In this document: positions 1 through 11,400 of the stretch, piece by piece
Position numbering within the stretch: position 1 is the first letter of the stretch
How the letters are laid out: each line of letters begins with the position of its first letter
Assembly (NCBI GenBank): GCA_051362555.1
Contig: CM120647.1
Coordinates: 5,952,001 to 6,016,000 of the forward strand
Length of the DNA: 64,000 nucleotides
Direction: 5' to 3'
Source of the DNA: Lingula anatina
Taxonomy: Eukaryota; Animalia; Brachiopoda
The notes under the pieces: generated by a model
Databases searched by the model: none
What the model was told of the DNA's origin: nothing
What the model saw: only the letters and a program-made list of their open reading frames with translations
Program-made: the position numbers and the translations under genes

Positions 1-768
1 GAGGAAAACATTTTTGATTCAGAAAACATTTTGATTAATTGATATGATACAACTACCAAGCTAACGAGCATTTTTGCTTATTCATCCCTACAATATTTAT
101 TGTTGAAAACAAAATTAAACGTACAAATAAAACTGGTTGTCAGATGTAGGCCTATGTCTGTGTGTGCGCGTGCGATTTGACATATTTTAAGTCAAGACGT
201 CCAAGACGCCATTAATATTTCTGAATGCAAAGCGGGTTCCACTACTACTACGAGGAATACATTAATAAACAATGACATGCACGAGGTCGTCACAACATGT
301 CCGGAAAATCAAAAAGGTATTATATACAGACTACTTAACTCTAAATGCAGTGCAATAAAACCTCCATGACGCGGGACTATTACTGTAAATCATTTCGGCC
401 CGCATCAGCTGTGTAGCACACTCAGTTTCAAAAATGGTCTGAATTCCTGAGCCTACTAAGAATTATCTAGTCGACTAAGGTGAGTGTCTCTCGGATCCTT
501 AAAGAATCTAAAACGTCGCATGCCTCGACTTTTCTATGACGTGATGCCCGATTTTAGCAGCTTAGACTATCTCAAGAACTTGACAACCGACCTGAGAACT
601 TTCGTGATATAGGCCCATGTTATTTTTTCTTCAGTCAACGGTTAAGCTAACACTCTTTGTTCTTCGATATTAAAGCCTCTTTCAAGTCATTTTATGGATG
701 TTAATGGAATCTCCCTCTATATTTTAACGACGAGGTTGACATGAACTTCAAACTAAATGGATACTTAC

Positions 769-887
769 CTTGGTTTACGATTATCTACTAAGTTAACTGA
801 AATCAAAATATTCACCAGTGTCTGATAAGGTGGTTGTATAATATACACGAGCCCAAGAGCGCGCGCGCGCACACATACACACCCACC

Positions 888-948
<61 letters not shown>

Positions 949-1336
949 GCGCGGACGCAAAAACACAAACACTCAGTTTATCTTATACTCTGTCCATGTG
1001 TGTGTGTTTGCGTGCGTGCATGCGTGCTTGCGTGTGTGTGTGTATGCGTGCGTGCGTGCGTGTGCGAGTGTGTTACACAGCCACACACTCCTTTCACCTA
1101 CATTTCAGGCGACCAGCTGAACAAACGCCGTACCTCGGCTAGATGTGCAAGCCAAGTGCTCGGTGTAACTTTCGATAATTAATGAAACAGTCCTTAAGTC
1201 GGCGTTTTCCTTGACCCAAAGGCATGTCACAGCATCTCGTTAAAACAAAGGAGAGAACTCGTAAACGTTACCTGTGCTTGCCTGTGCCTCTTGAAGACAT
1301 GTGCATCTTCCCTGGCACAGAGTGACACGTTTTATA
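769..1336 (-). promoter_or_regulatory. Candidate TATA promoter and short 5' exons (1272-~1306; 769-796) of a minus-strand gene running off the left edge
   Basis: Minus-strand TATAAAA at 1330-1336, donor CAG|GTAACG at 1271, then tttcAG...CAAG|GTAAGT defining a 28-nt exon at 769-796. Confidence 0.35.
868..1075. repeat. (CA)n and (TG/TGCG)n microsatellites
   Basis: Directly visible. Other microsatellites: (TTTA)n ~2952-3003, (AT)n ~17756-17810, poly(A) ~22886-22930, (CT)n ~28350-28400, 29275-29350 and 30720-30980, (GT)n 57270-57410, (AAT)n ~60075-60117. Confidence 0.9.
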
Positions 1337-1983
1337 TAATTTACACTTTAACGGCGTTATTAAGCCCTTCCCCTTAAATATGGTGACTCCAAATTAATGT
1401 GGCTCCAAATGCCGTGGTTAATATTAAGTCTGCACACCAAGGTGACCTCACATCCGCGACATGATCAATTTGCATAAATTTTCTTTTTTATATAATTGCA
1501 GCTTGAAACAAATGTAGCAAACTGCCAAGGTCACAGACGATAGAACATTCCTGGTTAAAGGATTTAACAAAAAAAAATTAAAACAGGTGAATCGCCTGCA
1601 GAAGCCTATCCATCAAAATTTATTATCTTGCTGTGTGTACACTAATTACTTTCGTCAACTATGCTTCGTCTCTTACTTTTAACCTCCTGAAAAAAGACAT
1701 ATATTCGTTGAAATTTTGAGAAATATCGAAATCTATGTCTTCATTTCAAGGGCTGACTGTATTCAGGATCAAGCCCCCCCCCCCCCCCCCACCTCCCCCA
1801 GGTTCTGAAAAAACTCCTTCCATTTTCCCTCCAAAACTTATATAAGACAAAAACAAACGATTACTCCATCCTTACGTAATCTGGACTTGTTTTTTTTTTT
1901 TTCTGTCGCAGACGACATTTCTATTTCAGTCCCCAGGTACAGTAAATCAACCCGGTGTGATCAGGGCAGGAATGGTAGTCCTA

Positions 1984-2198
1984 GGCTCTGTTCTCACAAC
2001 TTTTAGATCGATCTATCACCGCGGGGAGTCTCACTAGATTACTGTCAGATAATCCCCCTTAAGTGTCCGTCTCCGCCTACTACAAGCTTTAAGGGGTAAA
2101 TAACTTTCGTGTCCGCCCGGCTGACAGCTATTTAGCGTGAACCCCCAGGGAGTTAGGTCGATCCAATGTAGGTCGATCTAATCTATGAGAATGGGGTC
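1984..2198 (+). mobile_element. ~215-bp MITE family A (Harbinger/Tourist-like), copy 1
   Basis: Near-identical to 24225-24439; related copies at 24976-25190, 27602-27816, 34858-35083 and 43219-43434. Imperfect terminal inverted repeats contain AGATCGATCTA. Confidence 0.8.
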
Positions 2199-2347
2199 CT
2201 AGGAACGGAAGTCCGGGATCCCGTATGATAAGTACAGGTTAGAGAAAACACGTTTAAAATTATTTCTCTGACAATGACCTTTCAGCAATGTCATCTCTGG
2301 CTTCTGCAGCAATTAAGTATGTAAAAAAATAGGAAAAGAAAAAAAAA

Positions 2348-2593
2348 CTACACCTCCGTTTGACTGTTCGTTTGTTTGTTTGTGTTTGTTTGTTTGTTTG
2401 TCTGTTCGTCACCAGCCTAACTCAAAGATATGGATTGATTTTGGTGAAGATTTTTAGGATAGGTAAAAAATGAACTAACTTTAATTTTAGTGATTAGACT
2501 TTGTCGAAGGTCCATTAATTAATTAATGGTAAATTATTGGTTTATTATTTGTGTTGGCGAAGGTCTCGTGCTCTCTGAGTGCTTTTCTGGTTT
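2348..2593 (+). mobile_element. HINE/DINE-like (Helentron-associated) non-autonomous element
   Basis: acctccg start, internal (GTTT)n microsatellite, 3' end ttggcgaaggtct...ctctctgagtgcttttctggtt. A related copy lies at ~49273-49500. Confidence 0.5.
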
Positions 2594-2951
2594 TTCCTAT
2601 CATATGCCGGTAAAAAAAAACTGCAGAGGCACTCACGATGAAGGAGAGAGTTTTGTCCTCTGAAAAACAGTGGCAATCAAAAGATTTAGCCCGGAGACAT
2701 CATATGCATCTGGCGTCGGTCCAATGAAGAGAGCGCACTGCTCAATATAAATGTCATTTTAGGGCTATGCAGAAAATATAAGTCGCGCTGAGAGACATTA
2801 TATGAGTCACATTACTGTTCCAGGTAAGACAGATGTACGTGCCCGCGGAGATGTAAGCCTTTCTTTTTGGTACCGGCTTTTGTTACCCAGTCCTTATCGC
2901 CATGTGGCGTCTTTCAACGATACAATTTCCAGGGGATTCTTATTGCTATTT

Positions 2952-3002
<51 letters not shown>

Positions 3003-3355
3003 TCTGTGCATAAACTGATTGAAAAAGTGAATTGTATGAATAGATGAGATAAGCCTACAAAAAGTGCATTACAATGTAGGCCTTCACGTTGGGCCATTTT
3101 GGACTGATTATTCCGAATTTGCTTCTTAAATTAAAATGACATGGCATCTACAATAGGCCTAAAGAAGATAATCATTTTCATAAAACTATAAAAAAGAAAA
3201 GAAAAGAAGAAAGAAAACTGTTATCGACTGAAAAGTTCTGATGTTTAGCCTCTACTTATCATATTTGATTGATAAAATTTGTAAGCTTATTTCAGTGTGT
3301 TAGATGTGACACATTTTAGAGCAATCACAAGCTCCTCTAACTCAATCCTATCATT

Positions 3356-3377
3356 ACTTCCGGTAGTCAACTTCCGG
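3356..3377 (+). promoter_or_regulatory. Tandem ETS/GABP-type sites (ACTTCCGG x2), probable NUDT19 core promoter
   Basis: ACTTCCGG at 3356-3363 and 3370-3377, ~105-125 bp upstream of the ATG; a typical housekeeping-promoter motif. Confidence 0.55.
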
Positions 3378-3481
3378 AATAAACATGTCTTGTCCTTGCA
3401 TGGGCGGGTACACGTTGAAAGTATTATCAATCAAGTTTCACAATCATATATGACCCAGTTCTTGAATGCCAGTATGTAGGT

Positions 3482-5321
3482 ATGCACCGCCTTCTTTTCC
3501 GTCACTTTAACACGATGTCATCGCCGTGGAGGGAAGCAGCGACGCTAATCCTAGCCGCTAAAGCACCGAATGCGTCCCGTCAGGGGACTTTGATCCCATT
3601 CGATTATAAACTCTTGATGCTGAAACGAAGCTCTCGTAGCGGCTTCATGCCCAGTGCGAACGTATTTCCCGGGGGTGTGTTGGACCCGGCTGATGAGTCT
3701 GCAGAATGGTTAGGGCTGTTTGAGTCCGCTGGCGTAGGGGTGGAAGAACTGAAGAAATTCTCCGATATTCCAGGTCCTCGACCCGCGGCGTTTCGCACTC
3801 GGCCTCGACAGAAAGTGTCTGGCTCTGAAGTTGCGTTGCCGAGGGAAGTGGCTTTCCGCATCTGTGCAATACGGGAAACGTACGAGGAATCTGGTATTTT
3901 ACTGGGCAGGAGATTTATCAGGCAATCACAGTAAGTTGAACACTCTGAGTCTTAGACTTCACTTGAAATTATAATTCAGCCTATATATTCTATCAGCATG
4001 CCTATGTTGTTTTCAGTATCATTCAAAATAAATAGATAATAATAATAATAATAATAATAAAATTAGACAGTAAAAAGTGAACCTTTGAGACACGACAGTA
4101 ATGCACAGATTTTGTGTAATACTTGCATAAATTTTAACCTGCTTTAAAATTATTTTGCTATTTTGTGAAACACACACAAGCACACACACACACTTATATT
4201 TAACAAAATCAAAAGCAATAAAAAGCTGATATAAAAGAGTTATGCAAATACATGTACTTGTATTTTGACTTACATGTTCTAGTACAATTCATCTTTGAAT
4301 TTCTTTAAAACATAATTATAATATGTTTATTTCTTTAGAGTCTAAAATCCATAAAAGATATGTTCTGTAGACTTTGCAAATAAAAACAAAGTGAAAAGGG
4401 TTATTTTTAATTAAAAAGTAATGGTATCAAAAGTATAAAGAGAAAAAGTGTCCATTTATAATTTTCTGTTAAGTATTAAATGTTTAATCATAATTTTTTA
4501 ATGATAAGTTGACTTTGACTATTACAATTCTTAAATCACATTTCAGTGGCCCCAAGTCAGAAGTCACAAATTCTGGGAAGTTCTACAACAACAGCGAACT
4601 TAAAATAGCTGACCACTGTGGTTTAGAATGGTCAGTCCTTGACCAGTGGCAGTCTAAGGTGGACTCCAATGCTAACAACTTTCTAGCCATGTGTAAGAAG
4701 TTCAGTATAGTGCCAGATGTTTGGGCATTAAGGGAGTGGTTCAATTGGCTGACCCCTACCACTGGCGTTAAGCCTGGAAAAGGGGCAGATCACAAACTTG
4801 CCCCGCGGAGATACGATGCTTTATTCTTCCTGTGCTGTATAGACGATCTCTTGGACGTGTCACACTGTCAACGGGAGATGGTCAAGGCTGAGTGGGTCAG
4901 TCCTGTAGACGCTCTTCTTGACCATCAAGCTCATGTGATTTACCTGCCACCCCCTCAAGTGTTTACATGTAGTGGACTATGTAACCACCCTAGCATAGAG
5001 CACCTGCAAAGGTTCAGCGTAACGCGCGAACAGCACGGCATGGAACGTTGGCTGCCGGTGCTGGTGCCGTGCTCGGACGGAGTGGCCGAGCTGTGGCCGG
5101 GAGATGACCGCTACCCTGCTGAGCCTGACCTCTATGGAGTATCGGACTCGGAGACGGATTCCGTGGTCACTCTGAAGGAGTTTAGGGAAGGGTGTGCTTC
5201 GTTGAATAGACTAGAGTTGTTTTCACCGCAGGATTCGAAGATTGTTTCAAATGTGGCGTCGTATGGACATCTAGGTCTATATCAAGGGGAATTGAGGACA
5301 CCACTGTTGAATAAATTGTGA
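3482..5321 (+). CDS. NUDT19: Nudix hydrolase 19-like acyl-CoA diphosphatase, 2 exons (3482-3930, 4547-5321), ~407 aa
   Basis: N-terminal WREAATLILAA...LLMLKRSSRSGFMPSANVFPGG and a split Nudix box (FPGG...AFRICAIRETYEESGI), followed by PDVWALREWFNWLTP, RRYDALFF and YLPPPQ motifs typical of NUDT19. GT donor at 3931 and tttcAG acceptor at 4545-4546 join in phase 2 (CA|T = His). C-terminal -NKL resembles a PTS1. Confidence 0.93.
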
Positions 5322-8300
5322 ATTGTGCCTTAAATGTATTGAACCAGCAGCCAAGTGGACTTCCATAAACTTTTTTAACAAGGAAAAATTTATATAAAAG
5401 GACAGGGCTCCGTGTGCTTATTTGCACATTTTACTTATCCAGAGGAGGTCAAAATGTGCTTATATTATTAACTCTAAGGAAGTGAAAGAAAGGGAAATAT
5501 TTTGACCATATTCATTATCAAAGTAATTTTTATAGTATATTTTTTTTCATTTAAGTCTTTTGTACATGAAATAAGTGCACACAAGTAATGTGCACTTTGC
5601 TAAGGTCAGTATTTTTATAGCAGCATTATTTTGATGCATGCCTATATCAACTTTTCACTGATTTTCTTTTTAAGGCATTCAATGCACATTAGACTTTTGT
5701 GCAAATTAAATTTTCTTGTAAATTTCAGTAGTTTCCCTCTTTATCAGCAAGATATCCATTATCCAAAACCATTGAGAATAGTATGATGATGTCAAAACAG
5801 GTTTTCAGGTTATAAATTTGTTTTTACTGTCACAAAAAAAAAAAAAAGAAATGTAAGCAGTCTTGATCTCCATGATAAGAGTGCGTCAAAAATAAGAATT
5901 TTTTTTGCCATAAGATATACCGTGGTGAAAATGGAAGTACTGAAAGTTCATTGTCTGCCATATGTGAATGTCTACGTGTTACTTTACATGCATTCAATGT
6001 CTTGTCATAGGCAAAAATGTTAATTTTTCAAATAATGTAATTTGTTATAAAAATACTTGAAAAGCAATAAAGTCTTTCATGACGGGAGTCTGAAACAGAT
6101 TTTTTTATTTCCACAAAATAATTATGACAATCCAATAATTTACATGTCAAGGAGCAAAATTCAATTTTTTATAGATATGCCTTGGAATTTACCCTCTGGC
6201 CCAAAGTTACAAATTTGGGTAACCTTTTCTTTAAAATAAATGTTTCACAAAACACCACCTCCTTCACGAATGAAGAAAGCACAATTTATGCCTAATAAGT
6301 TATTTTCCAATACAGTTATTTTGTTTTTCACATTTCATGTTCAACTTTATCTTAATTTGAATTTGGGACCCAAGTACTTGACCAAGTTCACTTTGTAAAT
6401 AATGAAAATGTGAAGAAGAAATGTTAGTGATGAATATAATGAAAATAACAAATCAACTTAAACAAGTTCTGCTGCTGGGCAAAGATAAAAAGATCTAGTC
6501 TCCCCCTCCCCCCCCCCCCCCCCCCCAAAAAAAAATAATAATAACAATAAATATAAATAAAATGAATTCCTTTGATATTTGCTTTTAATCAGAACAAAAT
6601 CCCCATTCACTAATGAACAGACGAAATGTGACCTAGCTTAATGGCATCACCACCATAAATTATACAAAAATTCATAAATTATATTCCAGTACCATAACTG
6701 CAATTTACCTGTGATCATCTTTTTGACATTTTTTTTTCTTCAAAATTTCATTGTCAACTTGCCTGAGCTCTAACAAAAACTTTTCCCGATTTGGTTCTTA
6801 ATAATGCTGAATTCCAAGAATACGAAATTTTTTTCTACTGGAATATTTTTTCAAGTAAACTGCATTGATTTGATAGTACTGTCTTTAAGATAAACCCTTA
6901 TAATACAGATGAGTGGCTGTATTCTTAACTTAGAATTTTTGTTCTTTTGTCACAAACTGATTTTTCTATTACTCACTGATTAATTTGTGACAAATGACCT
7001 AGCAATTAACATCACCAAACATAATATGATATGAACCGTTTTCTTGGCTATTAATATAATTCTAATTCTATAAATATAAGACATCGCAGACAACTTTTCT
7101 TAAATGTCATAGCATGCTAATACAAAAATAATGACAAGTGCAGTATAAGTCATTCAATGAGCATTACACATTTTTAAAGCAAAAATTTCACTTTCCTGAA
7201 AATTTCAACATTTTCCCCTTAATTATGTTGAGATATACTATATTCACAAAATAATACACAGAATAAAGAACAAAATTAAAACTACTTGTTGTGTCCTTCT
7301 TTATGGAAATGGAGACTGATGATCAATGCTCATTGCACTCCTTTAACAGTCCGAGGCATACAAAGCGACACACAACCAAGAATCTGCATGTCCTGTTCTC
7401 ATTTCATTTTGTACAGAATCCACTTTCTATGAAACTGAAACTAACAGAAATGTTAATACGACAAATGTCCAAATGGAAAATGCAGAAAGTTATGTATAAT
7501 CATGCTAGCATACGTGGACTCCATTATTAGGTGTTACAGATTATTCATCAAGGGCTCGCTATAGCCATATTCACAATGCATGAGCTCATTGCCAAAGTTG
7601 CTATTTTGGTAATGATCAACTTGCAAGTTCTAGAATAGTTTTTATATTAATTACGATGCTCTGTTGGACAGATGACGGATGCATCTCTTGATATATACCA
7701 CTACAATTAGAGCAGTTTCATACTAATATTCTTAGCAAATGCTGAAGTGTGAATAAAAATTGTCTGTGTGTTACAATTAAGATGCTTATTGGAAAATATT
7801 TTTGAGAAATTGGTTCTAAATTGCCAATTAAGTTCTAAGGAAAAGACTGTATATTAAACAAGTAAGTTATACATCACATTTATTAAATAAATAGAAAAGT
7901 TTCTTTTGGTTTGAATTCCAAATCTCTCCGCCGTTTGTCACAGTCTATGGTTGATAATAACTCTTGAATGTTGAAATGTGTTGAAAACTGTGTTTATAGG
8001 TTATACAATATACACTTTATATAGAGAGCTCCACAGTATTTTATTCACAATACCTCCAGTCTTAGTCAATATCTCCACTGGACAGATAGGTTATACACAT
8101 TAAACACTTAGAAATGTAGAGAACTTCCTCGGGTCTCAATTCCCAATTTTTTGAGTTCTTCCTCCAGTTTCTTTTGGCTTTTATTTCGAAGTTCTCAGTT
8201 TATCAGATACGTCTTGGATTTTAAATTCCGAAGTTTTTAGTTCTCAGTCAAAACCAGAGTTCGCCAGACAGTAAATACACCAAACACTCATTAGAGAAGA

Positions 8301-8495
8301 TCTTTTAGTACTGATTCCCAATTTCTCAGTCTTCACCATGATTATCTTGGGTGTTTTTTAATTCCCAAATTTTGAAGTCTTAATCCTTAATCAAGGTCTC
8401 TGTTGGGCAGGAGTTGTTGAATTTCCAGATTTTTTCTTTCTTAGTCAAAGTCTGTGTTGGGTAGGTGTTATTAAATTTTCATTTTTTTTTTCTTC

Positions 8496-11400
8496 TTAAT
8501 CAAAGTCTCTGTTTGGCAGGACAACTGGAGCAATGAGGGTCCAGAGATAGAGCACAATACACAGCCAACTGCTTGATATCTTCACCCACATAGATGGCTG
8601 GTTGGCATTCATGGAGCTCAAGTCAGAGCTGGGCCTGGAATGACATAAGTAGAATATTTACCACAGGGTTAATAAATATATTTAGTATGATATCATTGGT
8701 ATAAATATATTAAGTATGGCATCATTGGTATAAATATATTTAGTATGGTATCATTGGTATAAATATATTTAGTATGGTAGCTTTGGTGTAAATATATTTA
8801 GTATGGTAGATTTGGTATAAATATATTTAGTATGGTAGCTTTGGCATAAATGTTTATGATAGCAAAATTAATCACTTGATGAACAAAAAACTTTGAAATT
8901 TGATTGGTAAAAAAACACCCCGGTGTTTTTCCACATTGTGTTCTTATTTGGAGCATACAGAAAAGTCTCTCAGCATTTATAGGCAGATACAGATTTAAGC
9001 AATAAAGCTCTGTGAGAGTTTTTCCCACGAGAAAAGACAGAAACAGTGAAAACATGAAGAATGGATTGTTTTACACAAGTTCAAATTAATCAGAAAGGAT
9101 TGCTGTGAGATTTCGTGAAAAGTGCACAAAATCATCACTGATGCTAGCACACAATTAGCTCAAGATAAGCCACACTCACCTGTACCAATTGGTCAAGGTC
9201 ATCATTACGTAGAGAGCGGCAAGCATCATCATGAAGTGGAAAAAGGAGTAACTGTAAGCCACGCCCTCTTCCTCATTGTCGTAGGTGTTACGTCCACTCT
9301 CCTCGTCATCGTTTCCGCTGTTGGTGTTTCCTAGGAGAGAGAACAAACTGGTGTAAAAACTTTATTCAGGTATTAAAACTTTATTAGGATTCTTTCACAC
9401 AGAAGAACTTAAGCCCAGAAATTGGTTTAATTTTATAGGCCAAGGTCTCAGCCTGTGTTGATTGCCAAATAAATTGGTAGTATGCTGCAGACAGATAGAC
9501 AAAGTATGCACAGAAACACATCTTCAAATGAATGAGTGAACAAATAAATAAATGAGAAAAGAAAAATGCAAGCAAACACTAGCTGACCAAATGTCAACAT
9601 CATGCTTAAATCATCATAATCATCATCATCATCAAAGAATCATGCTAAAACATGCTGCAAATAAACAGCAGCATAAAATACGGCTGACTTAACTAAAAAT
9701 TGAATTCTAGATTGATCTCTCTTCTTCATAACCTACCCAACTCCATGCCTTACACTAAAAGATGTCAACTGAGGTGATTTTATGTTGATTTTCCAATCTA
9801 ACCCCTTAATAATTCCCTCCACCTGTAAGATCTCCATATATCTGACTTAACTCACTTAAAAAATACTGTACTATTAATTACAAAAACAAACCATTATTTC
9901 AACAACGAGACAAAGTGTACTTCATGAAACTGAAAATGAGGCCATGCTGAGGAGAATTCCCCTGGTATAACAGTGACTATAAAAAATTTTAAAGGTAAAA
10001 GCTATGAAGCATCCACCCTTTTTCACCTTTTAACTTTGGCACTGTTGAAATGACAGATTAAAGAACAGCAAGCAATCGGGTGTACATAACATATAAATAA
10101 ATAAAGAAAAAAATTACAGATAAGACTAAAGAAGCGACATACACAACACACAAGGCTGCTAACCAAATCACCCAAGCAAGAAAGTAAGATGAGGACACAG
10201 AACAAGAAACATAGTCTTTATAACACACACCGGCGGTATTTTCGCGAAACATCAAAATACTAAAACAAGAAATGTCTGCTCTTTTTCAAGAAGTAGGAAG
10301 ATTCATTGCACAGCTAACATATAAGGAAACATGTAGTTAATATTACAAGTGTGCGTAATGAGAAAATGAACGTTGATCTTTCTGTGTGAATTGCTCTAAA
10401 ATTTCAAATACAATGAAAGAAACTTTCCTCTGGCCAAGACCATGTCATTTTTTAGTTTGTTTGCTGCAACTTGTGCAAAAGTATATTATAATTAGTACAT
10501 AGGCATCAGTAGAACATGACTTCCAAGACATCCCTTCTAAGACATTTGTTTTGTGTTGGAATAGTAGCTATACGACATTGTTTACTATGAAGAAGTATAA
10601 TCTTTTGATATACAATTCAATTTTTTCAATAATGGAACAAAAAGAAGCCCTAATAATGCAGTTTTCTTTAACCCTTTGAGTCTTTTTTGATAGAAAGTTC
10701 CCTCATTTGAATTTAAGAGGATCAGTGCAGAAGTTTTCAAAGTCACACGGTGTGTGAGGGACCTTTATCTAGCAAAGATTTCATATTTGCTGAAAATTTC
10801 AACATCTTTCAGGCTTTCACTAGTCACTTAGGGATAACCTATTCAAAATTGGTGACAAAATTAAGAACTATAATTAAGAACTATAAATAGGTTTTTGAGT
10901 TCTTGTTTTTGAGTTATTCTTGTAAATTCTGGTATACTGACAGTAAAAATTATAAATTAAAAGCCTGAATTATAGATAGCTCAATTACAGATTTACTTAA
11001 GGATTTGGACAGGGTATACAATAGTGATTAATGAAAAATTCATGTTATTTTCAGGAAAACATCTTTCTTCCTTTTTCTTCTACATAAAGGTCCTCTGTAC
11101 AAATATGTTGTCAAAGTTATATTTAGCAAGAAAGTGTTATTTTTGGAGATAGACTGAGGAAAAACTGAAAATTACCTTCTTTAGCCCCCAGCATGGCCTC
11201 GTCTGTAAACCAATGAAAAACACTGTCTTATGAAAGGGCACAACCAATGAAAATACTACTTTCAAAAGGGCATATCCACTAAAAATCCTGTCTTCTGAAT
11301 AGTCAAATCCAATAAAATCACCATCTAATGAGAAACAGTATCATGTTTCTGCTTAACTCTTACCTAACACTGGACAAAATTTTATAGCTTACAAAATCTT

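Noticed and set aside
765-1182. ORFs with poly-CV/HT tracts (also 30717-31040, 56671-57556, 59894-60149)
   Set aside because: Translations of microsatellites.
9737-9841. Other AG...GT-bounded mini-segments in the SERINC intron (9737-9754, 9823-9841)
   Set aside because: One has an in-frame TAA in phase 1 and the other is 19 nt and frameshifting; probably chance matches.
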